In this document: positions 28,929 through 37,532 of the stretch, piece after piece
Numbering within the stretch: position 1 is the stretch's first letter
Layout: every line of letters starts with the position of its first letter
NCBI GenBank assembly: GCA_002346425.1
Contig: DDZS01000050.1
Coordinates: forward strand, 2,023 to 45,002
DNA from: Alphaproteobacteria bacterium UBA3002
GTDB taxonomy: Bacteria; Pseudomonadota; Alphaproteobacteria; Rickettsiales; UBA3002
Direction: 5' to 3'
DNA length: 42,980 nt
Made by a program: the position numbers and the translations under genes
Notes under the pieces: generated by a model
Told to the model about the DNA's origin: nothing
The model's input: only the letters and a program-made list of their open reading frames with translations
Database searches by the model: none

Positions 28929-29612
28929 ATGGAGGAAGAAACCCCGCATTATTTAGGCCATCGCTCACGCTTGCGAGAGCGTTTTCTACAGGATAATGGG
29001 GAAAACTTGCCAGATTATGAGCTGCTGGAGCTTATTTTGTTCGGCGCCAAACCCCGCGGCGATGTCAAACCACTCGCCAAGCGGTTGATCAAACATTTCG
29101 GCGGCTTCGACCGCGTTTTGCGCGCCACCCCTCAGCAGTTGCGCGAGGTAGATGAAGTAGGCGAAGCAGCCATTTGCTGTATTAAAGCCGCGGAATGTGC
29201 GGTGCAGAGATTGGTAAGAGCCGAAGCGATGGAGCGGCCAGTCATCCAATCCTGGACCGCCTTACTCGATTATTGCCGTTTAAAAATGGGTAGCCTGAAT
29301 GTGGAAGAATTTCGCCTGCTCTTCCTCAATCATAAAAACATGCTGATTTCCGATGAAATTCAGCAGCGCGGCACCGTGAACCACACTCCGGTCTATCCGC
29401 GAGAGGTTGTAAAAAGAGCACTTGATCTGGGGGCATCCGCCGTCATCATGGCACATAATCATCCGTCTGGCGATCCGACACCGAGTAAGGACGATATTGA
29501 TATGACCATCAAAGTCCGCGACGCGCTACAATCCGTGAATATTTCCTTACACGATCATCTCGTCGTCTGCGCCAATACGCATTATTCATTTAAAAGTTAC
29601 GGGTTGATTTAA
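28929..29612 (+). CDS. radC: RadC-family JAB-domain protein (full length)
   Basis: GHRSRLRERF, DYELLELIL, YPREV, HNHPSGDPTPS and HDHLVV motifs. Confidence 0.93.
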   Translation: MEEETPHYLGHRSRLRERFLQDNGENLPDYELLELILFGAKPRGDVKPLAKRLIKHFGGFDRVLRATPQQLREVDEVGEAAICCIKAAECAVQRLVRAEAMERPVIQSWTALLDYCRLKMGSLNVEEFRLLFLNHKNMLISDEIQQRGTVNHTPVYPREVVKRALDLGASAVIMAHNHPSGDPTPSKDDIDMTIKVRDALQSVNISLHDHLVVCANTHYSFKSYGLI

Positions 29613-30952
29613 CTCTCACCCTTTACCAACCGTGGCCGCTCTTCTTCTGCTTCCAGCGTTACGATATCGTCGCGACGTTGCAAGTCGTAGCGTGGCATGG
29701 CGTGCGGCAACGGTTTATTGGCGCTGGTAGTAACGCCATAGCCTTCCAACCGTCGTAATTTCGGCAGCAATCGCGCATTCAGAGAAGCAGCAAAATCATC
29801 GAACTTCTTGGCAGAGGATTGCAGCCCTTTGCCGATGCCATCAACATGGCCTAATGCGGTGGCAAAGGTGTCCATCACCTCTTGCATCAGCACCATGATC
29901 TGTTGTTGGTTTTCCTGCTGTTTGGCTTGCCCGATTTGTTGTTTGGCGATGGAAAACAGACCGATCATACTCGTCGGTCCGGCAAGGATGATGCCGAATT
30001 TTTCTGCCTGATCCATCAGGTTTTTATCCGCTTTGCGCAAACGCTCAATCATCGCATCGCTCGGTAGATACATCACATTTAGCATTTCGCTAAAACTGCG
30101 TTGCTCGGCTTTTAACGCATCGGCCACCGCTTTCTGATAATCTTTACGCGAAAGGCCCGTCATATGCTCCTGCACACGTTTGACCAGCTTCTTCAGTTCC
30201 GCTTCTTCCTGCTCCGTGCCTTCCGCTTCGGCGAGGTCGATCAGATGTTTCGAGGCTTTAGAATCAACCACCATCACGCGATCTTGCGGCAGGAAAATCA
30301 CCGCATCCGGCCGTAATGCCCCTTCTTCACGCGCGATATGGAATTGCGTCACAAAGTCGCGCCCCGGTTCCAGCCCGAGTTGTTTCAACGAATTTTCCAG
30401 CCCCAATTCCGCCATACTGCCTGCCCCGCCGGGATGCGTCAGCGCGCGCATGACGGTTTCCATTTGTTTGGCATTATCGGTACTGCGTTGGTCCGTCGCG
30501 GCGAATTGCTGCCCGAGTTTGGTGACCTGCTCCAGCAATTGTTGCGTGGTTTTCTGGGTAAACTGCTCTTGGCTCTCGCGTTGCACTTTGGCCTCGCGTT
30601 TGTGATCCTCCAGCAATTTGGATGATAGCTCTTGCCCGGCTTTTAGTACCGAGGCCTGCGCCGCCTGCTTGAATTGCTCCATCAATTGCTCGGCCTGCTT
30701 ATGCTGTTCTTTCAGCGCGGCAAGTTGCGCTTCCAGTCCGCTAGCGCGCTTTTCCGCATCAAGGTGGAGCGCCTCAATTTCCTCCAGCTCTTCTTGTAGC
30801 TCGGTTAGCTTCTGCGCGTCATGGCCCTGCCCGGCCAGCGCCATTTGTGCGGCAATCGCGCGTTTCCACCCGAAAAACGCCACCGCGCCGACAATTGCCA
30901 GCAAGCCAAGCGCCACCAATAGCGGGATTTGAATTTGTATAAGTGCATCCAT
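29609..30952 (-). CDS. rmuC: DNA recombination protein RmuC
   Basis: N-terminal TM, long coiled coil, and G..AE..LE, RPDAVIFLP and VVDSK nuclease-like motifs. Confidence 0.88.
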   Translation of the reverse strand: MDALIQIQIPLLVALGLLAIVGAVAFFGWKRAIAAQMALAGQGHDAQKLTELQEELEEIEALHLDAEKRASGLEAQLAALKEQHKQAEQLMEQFKQAAQASVLKAGQELSSKLLEDHKREAKVQRESQEQFTQKTTQQLLEQVTKLGQQFAATDQRSTDNAKQMETVMRALTHPGGAGSMAELGLENSLKQLGLEPGRDFVTQFHIAREEGALRPDAVIFLPQDRVMVVDSKASKHLIDLAEAEGTEQEEAELKKLVKRVQEHMTGLSRKDYQKAVADALKAEQRSFSEMLNVMYLPSDAMIERLRKADKNLMDQAEKFGIILAGPTSMIGLFSIAKQQIGQAKQQENQQQIMVLMQEVMDTFATALGHVDGIGKGLQSSAKKFDDFAASLNARLLPKLRRLEGYGVTTSANKPLPHAMPRYDLQRRDDIVTLEAEEERPRLVKGES

Positions 30953-30999
30953 CGCGTATATGGTGACGCAGAACGTGCAAACAACCAACGGAAAAACAC

Positions 31000-32346
31000 A
31001 TGTCTGAGCATAATATCGCCGCGATAATTCTGGCCGCCGGCAAAGGGACGCGAATGAAGTCGCAAATGCCTAAAGTGCTGCATAAAGTAGCGAACCGGCC
31101 CATGCTAGGACATGTCATGGAAGCGGCCAGCGCCGCGGGTTGCGCGCCAACTGTCGTCGTTACGTCGCCGGATATGCCGGAAGTGGCAGAATATGCCCGT
31201 AAACGCGAATGTCAGATCGCGCATCAAGAGGTGCAGCTTGGCACAGGACATGCCGTGCAATGCGCGCAAGATGCGCTGGCAGATCATCATGGGCATGTAG
31301 TGGTATTATTCGGCGATAGCCCGCTGATTCTTCCTGACACGATTAGCCAGCTTGCCGAAGTTTTGAACCGCGACGCGGAAACGGCTGTCGCTGTATTCGG
31401 CTTCGACGTGCCAACTCCACCTGCCTATGGCCGCCTCATTACCTCCGGCAATGGCGAGCTGGAGCGAATTGTTGAAGCCAAAGATGCCTCGCCCGAGGAA
31501 TTGGCCGTGACCGTCTGTAATTCTGGCGTCATGGCGATTCGCGGCTCTTTGGTATGGAATTTACTTGCCGCCATCGACAATCAAAACGCGCAGGAAGAAT
31601 ATTACCTGACCGATATTATCGCCGCCGCGCGTGCAGAAGGCTATCGTTGCCGCGTGGTAATGGGCGACGAAACAGAAGCGCTCGGGATCAATTCACGTCA
31701 GCAACTCGCGCAGGTCGAAAGGCTGATGCAAACCCGCCTGCGTAACACAGCAATGGATGAGGGCGTCACCCTGCAGGACCCGGCGTCTACCTTTTTAAGC
31801 GCTGACACTGAATATGGCACCGACATCACCATTCAACCCGGCGTCTTTATCGGCCCGGATGTTGTTATCGGCGACGGCGTGGAAATTCGCGCTTTCTCGC
31901 ATCTGGAAGGCTGTGTCATCGGCGATCGCGCACTAATCGGCCCCTATGCTCGCATACGGCCGGGTAGCAATATCGGCGCGGAAAGCAAAATCGGCAATTT
32001 CGTCGAGCTTAAAAAAGCCGAACTCGAAGAAGGCGTCAAAGTCTCGCACCTCTCTTACATTGGCGATGCGTTTATTGGCGCGGAAAGCAATATCGGCGCC
32101 GGCACCATCACCTGCAACTATGATGGCTATAAAAAATACCACACTGAAATTGGAAAAGATGTGTTTATCGGCTCCAACTCCGCGCTGGTCGCCCCCATCG
32201 TAATTGGCTCCGGCGCGTATGTGGGTGCTGGCTCCGTCGTCACCGACAATGTCGCCTCCGATGGCCTTGCTATCGCACGCTCGCGTCAAGAAGTGAAAGA
32301 GGCTTGGGGCAAAGCATTCCGGGAGCGGATGGAGCAGGACTCGTAA
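31000..32346 (+). CDS. glmU: Bifunctional UDP-GlcNAc pyrophosphorylase / GlcN-1-P acetyltransferase
   Basis: ILAAGKGTRMKS, EYYLTD, GNFVELK, HLSYIGD and CNYDG motifs; hexapeptide repeats. Confidence 0.97.
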   Translation: MSEHNIAAIILAAGKGTRMKSQMPKVLHKVANRPMLGHVMEAASAAGCAPTVVVTSPDMPEVAEYARKRECQIAHQEVQLGTGHAVQCAQDALADHHGHVVVLFGDSPLILPDTISQLAEVLNRDAETAVAVFGFDVPTPPAYGRLITSGNGELERIVEAKDASPEELAVTVCNSGVMAIRGSLVWNLLAAIDNQNAQEEYYLTDIIAAARAEGYRCRVVMGDETEALGINSRQQLAQVERLMQTRLRNTAMDEGVTLQDPASTFLSADTEYGTDITIQPGVFIGPDVVIGDGVEIRAFSHLEGCVIGDRALIGPYARIRPGSNIGAESKIGNFVELKKAELEEGVKVSHLSYIGDAFIGAESNIGAGTITCNYDGYKKYHTEIGKDVFIGSNSALVAPIVIGSGAYVGAGSVVTDNVASDGLAIARSRQEVKEAWGKAFRERMEQDS

Positions 32347-32375
32347 TTTTCTTCAGGAAAATTCGGGCAATGCGA

Positions 32376-32404
32376 TTTACAATCCGCCGATTGGGACGTA
32401 TAAC
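32376..32404 (+). promoter_or_regulatory. Sigma70-type promoter of the pyrH operon
   Basis: TTTACA-17 nt-TATAAC, ending 8 nt before the pyrH ATG; no SD. Confidence 0.6.
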
Positions 32405-32412
32405 TTTATTTC

Positions 32413-33153
32413 ATGCCCACATCCCTTCCCGATCTTGACCCTACCCCCAATTACAAACGCGTTCTGATTAAAGTCTCCGGCGAAGCCCTGATGGGCGAAC
32501 AAGCCTTTGGGCAGGATATCGGAACGATGGAACGCATTGCGCTCGATATCAAAGCGGTAATCGAACTGGGTGTGGAAGTATGCATCGTTGTAGGCGGCGG
32601 CAACATCTTCCGCGGGGTTTCCGGGGCCGCTAAAGGCATGGACCGCGCTTCGGCAGATTATATGGGTATGCTAGCGACGGTAATGAACGCGTTAGCTCTC
32701 CAAAACGTCATGGAACTGAATGGCCTCGAAACGCGGGTATTGTCAGCGATTACCATTCAGGAAGTCGCCGAACCCTATATTCGCCGCCGCGCGATTCGGC
32801 ATATGGAGCGCGGACGCGTGGTGATTTTTGCTGCCGGAACGGGCAATCCCTATTTTACCACCGATTCCGCGGCAGCGTTGCGCGCAGCGGAAATGGATTG
32901 CGATGCCCTGATGAAAGGCACGCAAGTGGATGGCGTCTATGACAAAGACCCGAAACTACATAAAGATGCCAAACGCTTCGGCACGCTGACCTACCACGAT
33001 GTCCTCGCCAAAGATTTGAAGGTGATGGATGCCTCGGCGATTTCGCTGGCGCGCAACAGTCAGATTCCGGTTCTCGTCTTTTCGATTGGGGAGCCCGGCT
33101 CCTTCGCCCGCGTGATTACTGGACAGGGCCGCTATACTATCATACAAGACTAG
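32413..33153 (+). CDS. pyrH: UMP kinase
   Basis: [15 protein letters not shown] and [10 protein letters not shown] motifs. Confidence 0.97.
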   Translation: MPTSLPDLDPTPNYKRVLIKVSGEALMGEQAFGQDIGTMERIALDIKAVIELGVEVCIVVGGGNIFRGVSGAAKGMDRASADYMGMLATVMNALALQNVMELNGLETRVLSAITIQEVAEPYIRRRAIRHMERGRVVIFAAGTGNPYFTTDSAAALRAAEMDCDALMKGTQVDGVYDKDPKLHKDAKRFGTLTYHDVLAKDLKVMDASAISLARNSQIPVLVFSIGEPGSFARVITGQGRYTIIQD

Positions 33154-33163
33154 CAGATAACGC

Positions 33164-33201
33164 CGTCATTGCCTGAATTGTGACGTAATTCAGGTCATTG
33201 C
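33164..33201. repeat. Small intergenic palindrome flanked by an 8-bp direct repeat
   Basis: CCTGAATT-GTGACGT-AATTCAGG at 33172-33194; GTCATTGC at 33165 and 33194. Confidence 0.5.
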
Positions 33202-33222
33202 AGCTATGTAAAAGGAGTAACC

Positions 33223-33774
33223 ATGACCGATTTAAAAGACCTCGAGCGCCGGATGGATGGCGCGATCCAGAAATTACATGATGATTTTGCGGGCCTGCGC
33301 ACTGGGCGCGCCAGCGCCAACATGCTCGATCCTGTACAGGTGGAAGCTTACGGTAGCCATATGCCGCTGAATCAGGTGGCGAATGTCACCACGCCGGAAG
33401 CGCGGATGCTGGTGGTCAATGTCTGGGATAAAAGCATGGTGAAAGCCGTTGAAAAGGCGATTGCCAACTCTAACCTCGGCCTGAACCCAGCAGCGGATGG
33501 ACAAACGATTCGCGTTCCTGTACCCGAACTTTCGGAAGAACGCCGTAAAGAGTTAACCAAAGTGGCCAGCCAATATGCCGAAAATGCGAAAGTGGCCGTG
33601 CGCAATGTGCGCCGCGATGGCATGGATTCGCTGAAAAAAGAAGAAAAAGACGGCGATATTTCTGAAGACGATCAACGTCGTTTGGGCGATGAAATTCAGA
33701 AAATGACCGATAAGCACGTGGCCGAAGCGGATAAAGTGCTGGCCGATAAAGAAAAGGACATCATGAGCGTCTAA
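33223..33774 (+). CDS. frr: Ribosome recycling factor
   Basis: [18 protein letters not shown] and VRNVRRD motifs; AAGGAG SD. Confidence 0.97.
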   Translation: MTDLKDLERRMDGAIQKLHDDFAGLRTGRASANMLDPVQVEAYGSHMPLNQVANVTTPEARMLVVNVWDKSMVKAVEKAIANSNLGLNPAADGQTIRVPVPELSEERRKELTKVASQYAENAKVAVRNVRRDGMDSLKKEEKDGDISEDDQRRLGDEIQKMTDKHVAEADKVLADKEKDIMSV

Positions 33775-33790
33775 TCGCGCCGCACAGGAT

Positions 33791-34474
33791 ATGTCGATAC
33801 CCAAGCACATCGCAATTATTATGGACGGCAATGGGCGCTGGGCAACGCGGCATGGCACTAGCCGTAAAGCCGGGCATCAACAAGGGTCTGAAGCATTACG
33901 CAATCTGTTGGAAAACAGCCGAGAGCTGGGTGTCGAAGTGTTTACTGTCTACGCCTTTTCTTCGGAAAACTGGCAGCGCTCGCCGGAAGAAGTCTCCGAT
34001 CTGATGGACTTGCTACGCTATTATCTGCGGCATGAGATTAAGAAGCTGCACAAGGATGGGGTGAAAGTCTGTTTTATCGGAGACCGCACAGCCCTGTCAT
34101 CTGATTTACAAACGGAGTTAGAAAAGGCCGAATTACTCACCGAGAATAATCAGGCACTGACACTTGTCGTGGCCCTAAGCTATGGCAGCCGCCAGGAATT
34201 GGTGCGGGCGATGAACAAAATCGACGGCGAGATAACGGTCGATGCTGTTTGCAACGCGTTAGATACCGCCAATTGGCCAGAACCCGATTTGCTGATTCGC
34301 ACGGGCGGTGAAAAACGCCTCAGTAATTTTCTGCTATGGCAATGTGCCTATACCGAGCTTTATTTCACCGAGACCTTATGGCCAGATTTTACCATTGAAC
34401 ATCTACACGAAGCACTTGCCGATTATGCGCAGCGCGAACGTCGCTTCGGTAGCCGTCCGGGATTAGCGGCATGA
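33791..34474 (+). CDS. uppS: Undecaprenyl diphosphate synthase
   Basis: HIAIIMDGNGRWA, YAFSSENW and IRTGGEKRLSNFLLWQ motifs. Confidence 0.97.
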   Translation: MSIPKHIAIIMDGNGRWATRHGTSRKAGHQQGSEALRNLLENSRELGVEVFTVYAFSSENWQRSPEEVSDLMDLLRYYLRHEIKKLHKDGVKVCFIGDRTALSSDLQTELEKAELLTENNQALTLVVALSYGSRQELVRAMNKIDGEITVDAVCNALDTANWPEPDLLIRTGGEKRLSNFLLWQCAYTELYFTETLWPDFTIEHLHEALADYAQRERRFGSRPGLAA

Positions 34475-35136
34475 TTTACGGAGAATTACCTTTACGTATT
34501 TTCTCAGGCGTGCTGCTCGGTTTCCTGACCTTTATCGCGCTTTTTGCCAGCGCCATGAGTTTCTTCGCACTCGTCATCATTCTCGCCCTGCTCATGTATA
34601 GCGAATGGCTGGAACTGACCGAAGAGTTTCCCTTTGCCAATCGCGTTGGCGGTTTATTTTACGTGGGCATCCCCGTTTGGTCGATCATTGTATTGCGCGA
34701 CGCGCCCATGCCTTCCGTGGAAGACGTAGCGACCACGCCATACTATGTGCTGTTTTTATTCCTTATCGTTATCGCGACTGATATCGGCGGCTACGTCGTT
34801 GGCAAAAGCTTTGGAAAACATAAACTGGCCCCCGTTATCAGCCCGGGAAAAACCTGGGAAGGAGCCTTTGGTGGCATCTTATTTAGCGTGAGCGCAGCCG
34901 TCATTTTTTCTTTAGTCAAACCAGAGCATATGAGTTTCGTGAATGCGCTCTGGCAGTCTATGCTACTCAGCATGGTAGCGCAAAGTGGCGATTTATTTGA
35001 AAGCTGGATCAAGCGCAAAGCGGGCGTTAAACATAGCGGCACGCTTATGCCCGGCCATGGCGGATTGCTCGACCGGGTAGATGGGCTGGTCTTTGCGGCC
35101 CCCGTTTATGCGTTGATGGTCTTACCGAGTTATTAA
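34471..35136 (+). CDS. cdsA: Phosphatidate cytidylyltransferase
   Basis: Multiple TM helices; ISPGKTWEG, GDLFES and PGHGGLLDRVD motifs. Confidence 0.95.
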   Translation: MIYGELPLRIFSGVLLGFLTFIALFASAMSFFALVIILALLMYSEWLELTEEFPFANRVGGLFYVGIPVWSIIVLRDAPMPSVEDVATTPYYVLFLFLIVIATDIGGYVVGKSFGKHKLAPVISPGKTWEGAFGGILFSVSAAVIFSLVKPEHMSFVNALWQSMLLSMVAQSGDLFESWIKRKAGVKHSGTLMPGHGGLLDRVDGLVFAAPVYALMVLPSY

Positions 35137-35137
35137 G

Positions 35138-36322
35138 ATGCAGCTGGCACCCGCCCCTCAAACAGCGCCGAAGCGCCTGAGCATTCTTGGCGCGACCGGT
35201 TCCATCGGTTGCTCTACGCTGGCTTTAGTTCAGGAACATCCGGAACAATTTTGTATTGAAGCTCTCACCGCGCAAGACAATGTCGACAAATTGATTGAGC
35301 AAGCGGTGACCTTTCGCCCAGCATTAGCGGTAATCGGTAACGAAGCTCATTATCAAACTTTAAAAGATGCCTTGTCACCCTACGGCATTACCTGCGCTGC
35401 CGGAGCCGAAGCCATTTGCGAAGCGGCGCAGCGTCCGGTTGATACCGTAATGATGGCCATCGTCGGTGCAGTTAGCCTGCGCCCCACCTTCTGCGCGATC
35501 GAAGCGGGAAGCAGCATTGCTTTTGCCAGTAAGGAGTGCCTTGTATGCGCAGGGGAACTGATGATGGAAGCCTGCCGCAAAAGCGGTGCAACCTTACTGC
35601 CAGTCGATTCTGAACATAATGCCATTTTTCAGGTATTTGATTTCGAGCAACCGGATGCCATCGAAAAAATCACCCTCACCGCGTCGGGCGGGCCTTTCCG
35701 CAGCTGGACGGCCGAGGCAATGGCGAAAGCAACGCCGGAGCAGGCCGTGGCGCACCCCAACTGGTCGATGGGCGCGAAAATATCGGTCGACTCGGCGACC
35801 ATGATGAATAAAGCACTCGAAGTGATTGAGGCTTATCATCTCTTTCCCTTACGCTCTGAACAGATCGAGGTCGTCGTCCACCCCGAATCAATTATTCATA
35901 GTTTTGTGCACTATCGCGATGGGTCAGTCCTCGCCCAACTCGGTATGCCAGATATGCGGATTCCCATTGCACACACCTTAAGCTGGCCGCAGCGCATGAA
36001 AACACAAAACCCAGCCCTTTCCCTGACAGAGATGGGTGCCCTCACCTTTGAAGCACCCGATGCAGAGCGGTTTCCGGCATTACGTATTGTGCGTGACGTC
36101 CTCGCCGCGAAACCCGGGGCAGCCATCGCGTTTAATGCCGCAAATGAAGTCGCAGTTGAGGCATTTTTAGCAGGCACCCTACCCTTTGGCCGCATTGCGC
36201 CACTGGTAGAGGCTATCCTCCCGCACTATCTGGATAAAAGCGTTTCGTCGCTCGATGAAGTCGTGTATCTTAATGATCAAGCCCGCCAAGAGGCGAAACA
36301 ACACATACACTCGTCCTCCTAG
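35138..36322 (+). CDS. dxr: 1-deoxy-D-xylulose-5-phosphate reductoisomerase
   Basis: ILGATGSIG, PVDSEH, LTASGGPF and HPNWSMGAKISVDSATMMNK motifs. Confidence 0.97.
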   Translation: MQLAPAPQTAPKRLSILGATGSIGCSTLALVQEHPEQFCIEALTAQDNVDKLIEQAVTFRPALAVIGNEAHYQTLKDALSPYGITCAAGAEAICEAAQRPVDTVMMAIVGAVSLRPTFCAIEAGSSIAFASKECLVCAGELMMEACRKSGATLLPVDSEHNAIFQVFDFEQPDAIEKITLTASGGPFRSWTAEAMAKATPEQAVAHPNWSMGAKISVDSATMMNKALEVIEAYHLFPLRSEQIEVVVHPESIIHSFVHYRDGSVLAQLGMPDMRIPIAHTLSWPQRMKTQNPALSLTEMGALTFEAPDAERFPALRIVRDVLAAKPGAAIAFNAANEVAVEAFLAGTLPFGRIAPLVEAILPHYLDKSVSSLDEVVYLNDQARQEAKQHIHSSS

Positions 36323-36343
36323 GACAGAGTAAAAGGGAAAGTT

Positions 36344-37471
36344 ATGGAATTTATTGCCACCGGTTTTCATTACCTCTGGTCTTTCGTCGTCATTCTATCC
36401 GTGATCGTGTTCATTCACGAATTTGGCCATTATCTGGTCGCGAAGCTATGCGGTGTTAAAATTGAGACTTTCTCAATCGGATTTGGGCGTGAAATTTTTG
36501 GCTTTAACGACCGTACCGGTACCCGTTGGAAATTTTCCCTTCTGCCCTTTGGTGGCTATGTCAAAATGTTTGGCGATGCCGGAGCGGCGAGTACTGCCGA
36601 TAAAGATAAGCTCGATCAGATGAGTGAGGCAGACAAAAAGGTCAGCTTTCATTATAAAAAACTCTGGCAAAAAGCCTTAATCGTCGCTGCCGGGCCCATC
36701 TCTAACTTTATCCTGACCATCGCGGTCTTCACCTATTTTCTCTATAGCACGGGCATCAACTCGACCGATCCGATCGTCGGAGAAGTCATTCCCGATACGC
36801 CCGCACAGTCGGCGGGATTACAGGCGGGTGATCGCATCTTGTCGGTGAATGGTGAAGAAACGCCAAAGTTCCGCGATATTCCGGGAAAAATCATCACGAA
36901 TCTCGGCGAAGAGGTCGATCTGCATATTGAGCGTAATGGCGAAAAAATGCATATCAGCTTGATTCCGATGATGAGCGAAGAAGAAGATGCGCTCGGCAAT
37001 AAAATGCAGCGCCCGCTTATCGGTATTCAAAGCCAGACGGTGAAAGTAGAAGATTTAAGCTTCCCGCAAGCTGTGGGCCATGCGACCTATCGCACCTATG
37101 ATCTTTGCGTGACCAGCCTGCATTTTATTGGGCAAATGATCACCGGCGACCGCTCCGCGCGTGATATGAAAGGCCCCATCGGCATTGCCCAGCTTTCCGG
37201 GCAAGTTACCCAACAAGGCGATACGACCGGTGAAACGGTGCGCACGATACTGTGGTTTATCGCCTTACTTTCCGCCAATCTTGGGCTGATCAATTTATTT
37301 CCCATCCCCATGCTTGATGGAGGGCATCTTGCCTATTATGGAGTGGAAGCCCTGCGTGGTCGCCCGATGGCCGAGAAGTTTCAAGAATATGGATTCCGTG
37401 CCGGATTTGCCTTGATTCTCATGCTGATGGCATTCACCATTTTCAATGATTTACGCAACCTCGTTTCGTAA
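36344..37471 (+). CDS. rseP: RIP metalloprotease RseP
   Basis: HEFGH, FSIGFG, one PDZ domain and NLFPIPMLDGG motifs. Confidence 0.96.
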   Translation: MEFIATGFHYLWSFVVILSVIVFIHEFGHYLVAKLCGVKIETFSIGFGREIFGFNDRTGTRWKFSLLPFGGYVKMFGDAGAASTADKDKLDQMSEADKKVSFHYKKLWQKALIVAAGPISNFILTIAVFTYFLYSTGINSTDPIVGEVIPDTPAQSAGLQAGDRILSVNGEETPKFRDIPGKIITNLGEEVDLHIERNGEKMHISLIPMMSEEEDALGNKMQRPLIGIQSQTVKVEDLSFPQAVGHATYRTYDLCVTSLHFIGQMITGDRSARDMKGPIGIAQLSGQVTQQGDTTGETVRTILWFIALLSANLGLINLFPIPMLDGGHLAYYGVEALRGRPMAEKFQEYGFRAGFALILMLMAFTIFNDLRNLVS

Positions 37472-37532
37472 CACACAATCCGCCTTTGAGGCATTGCCAA
37501 AGCTGCGATTTTAGGGCACAACCTACCCACCT

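Noticed and set aside
28929-30952. radC and rmuC as markers of a mobile element
   Set aside because: Both are full-length chromosomal types, with no integrase, att repeats or obvious composition shift.
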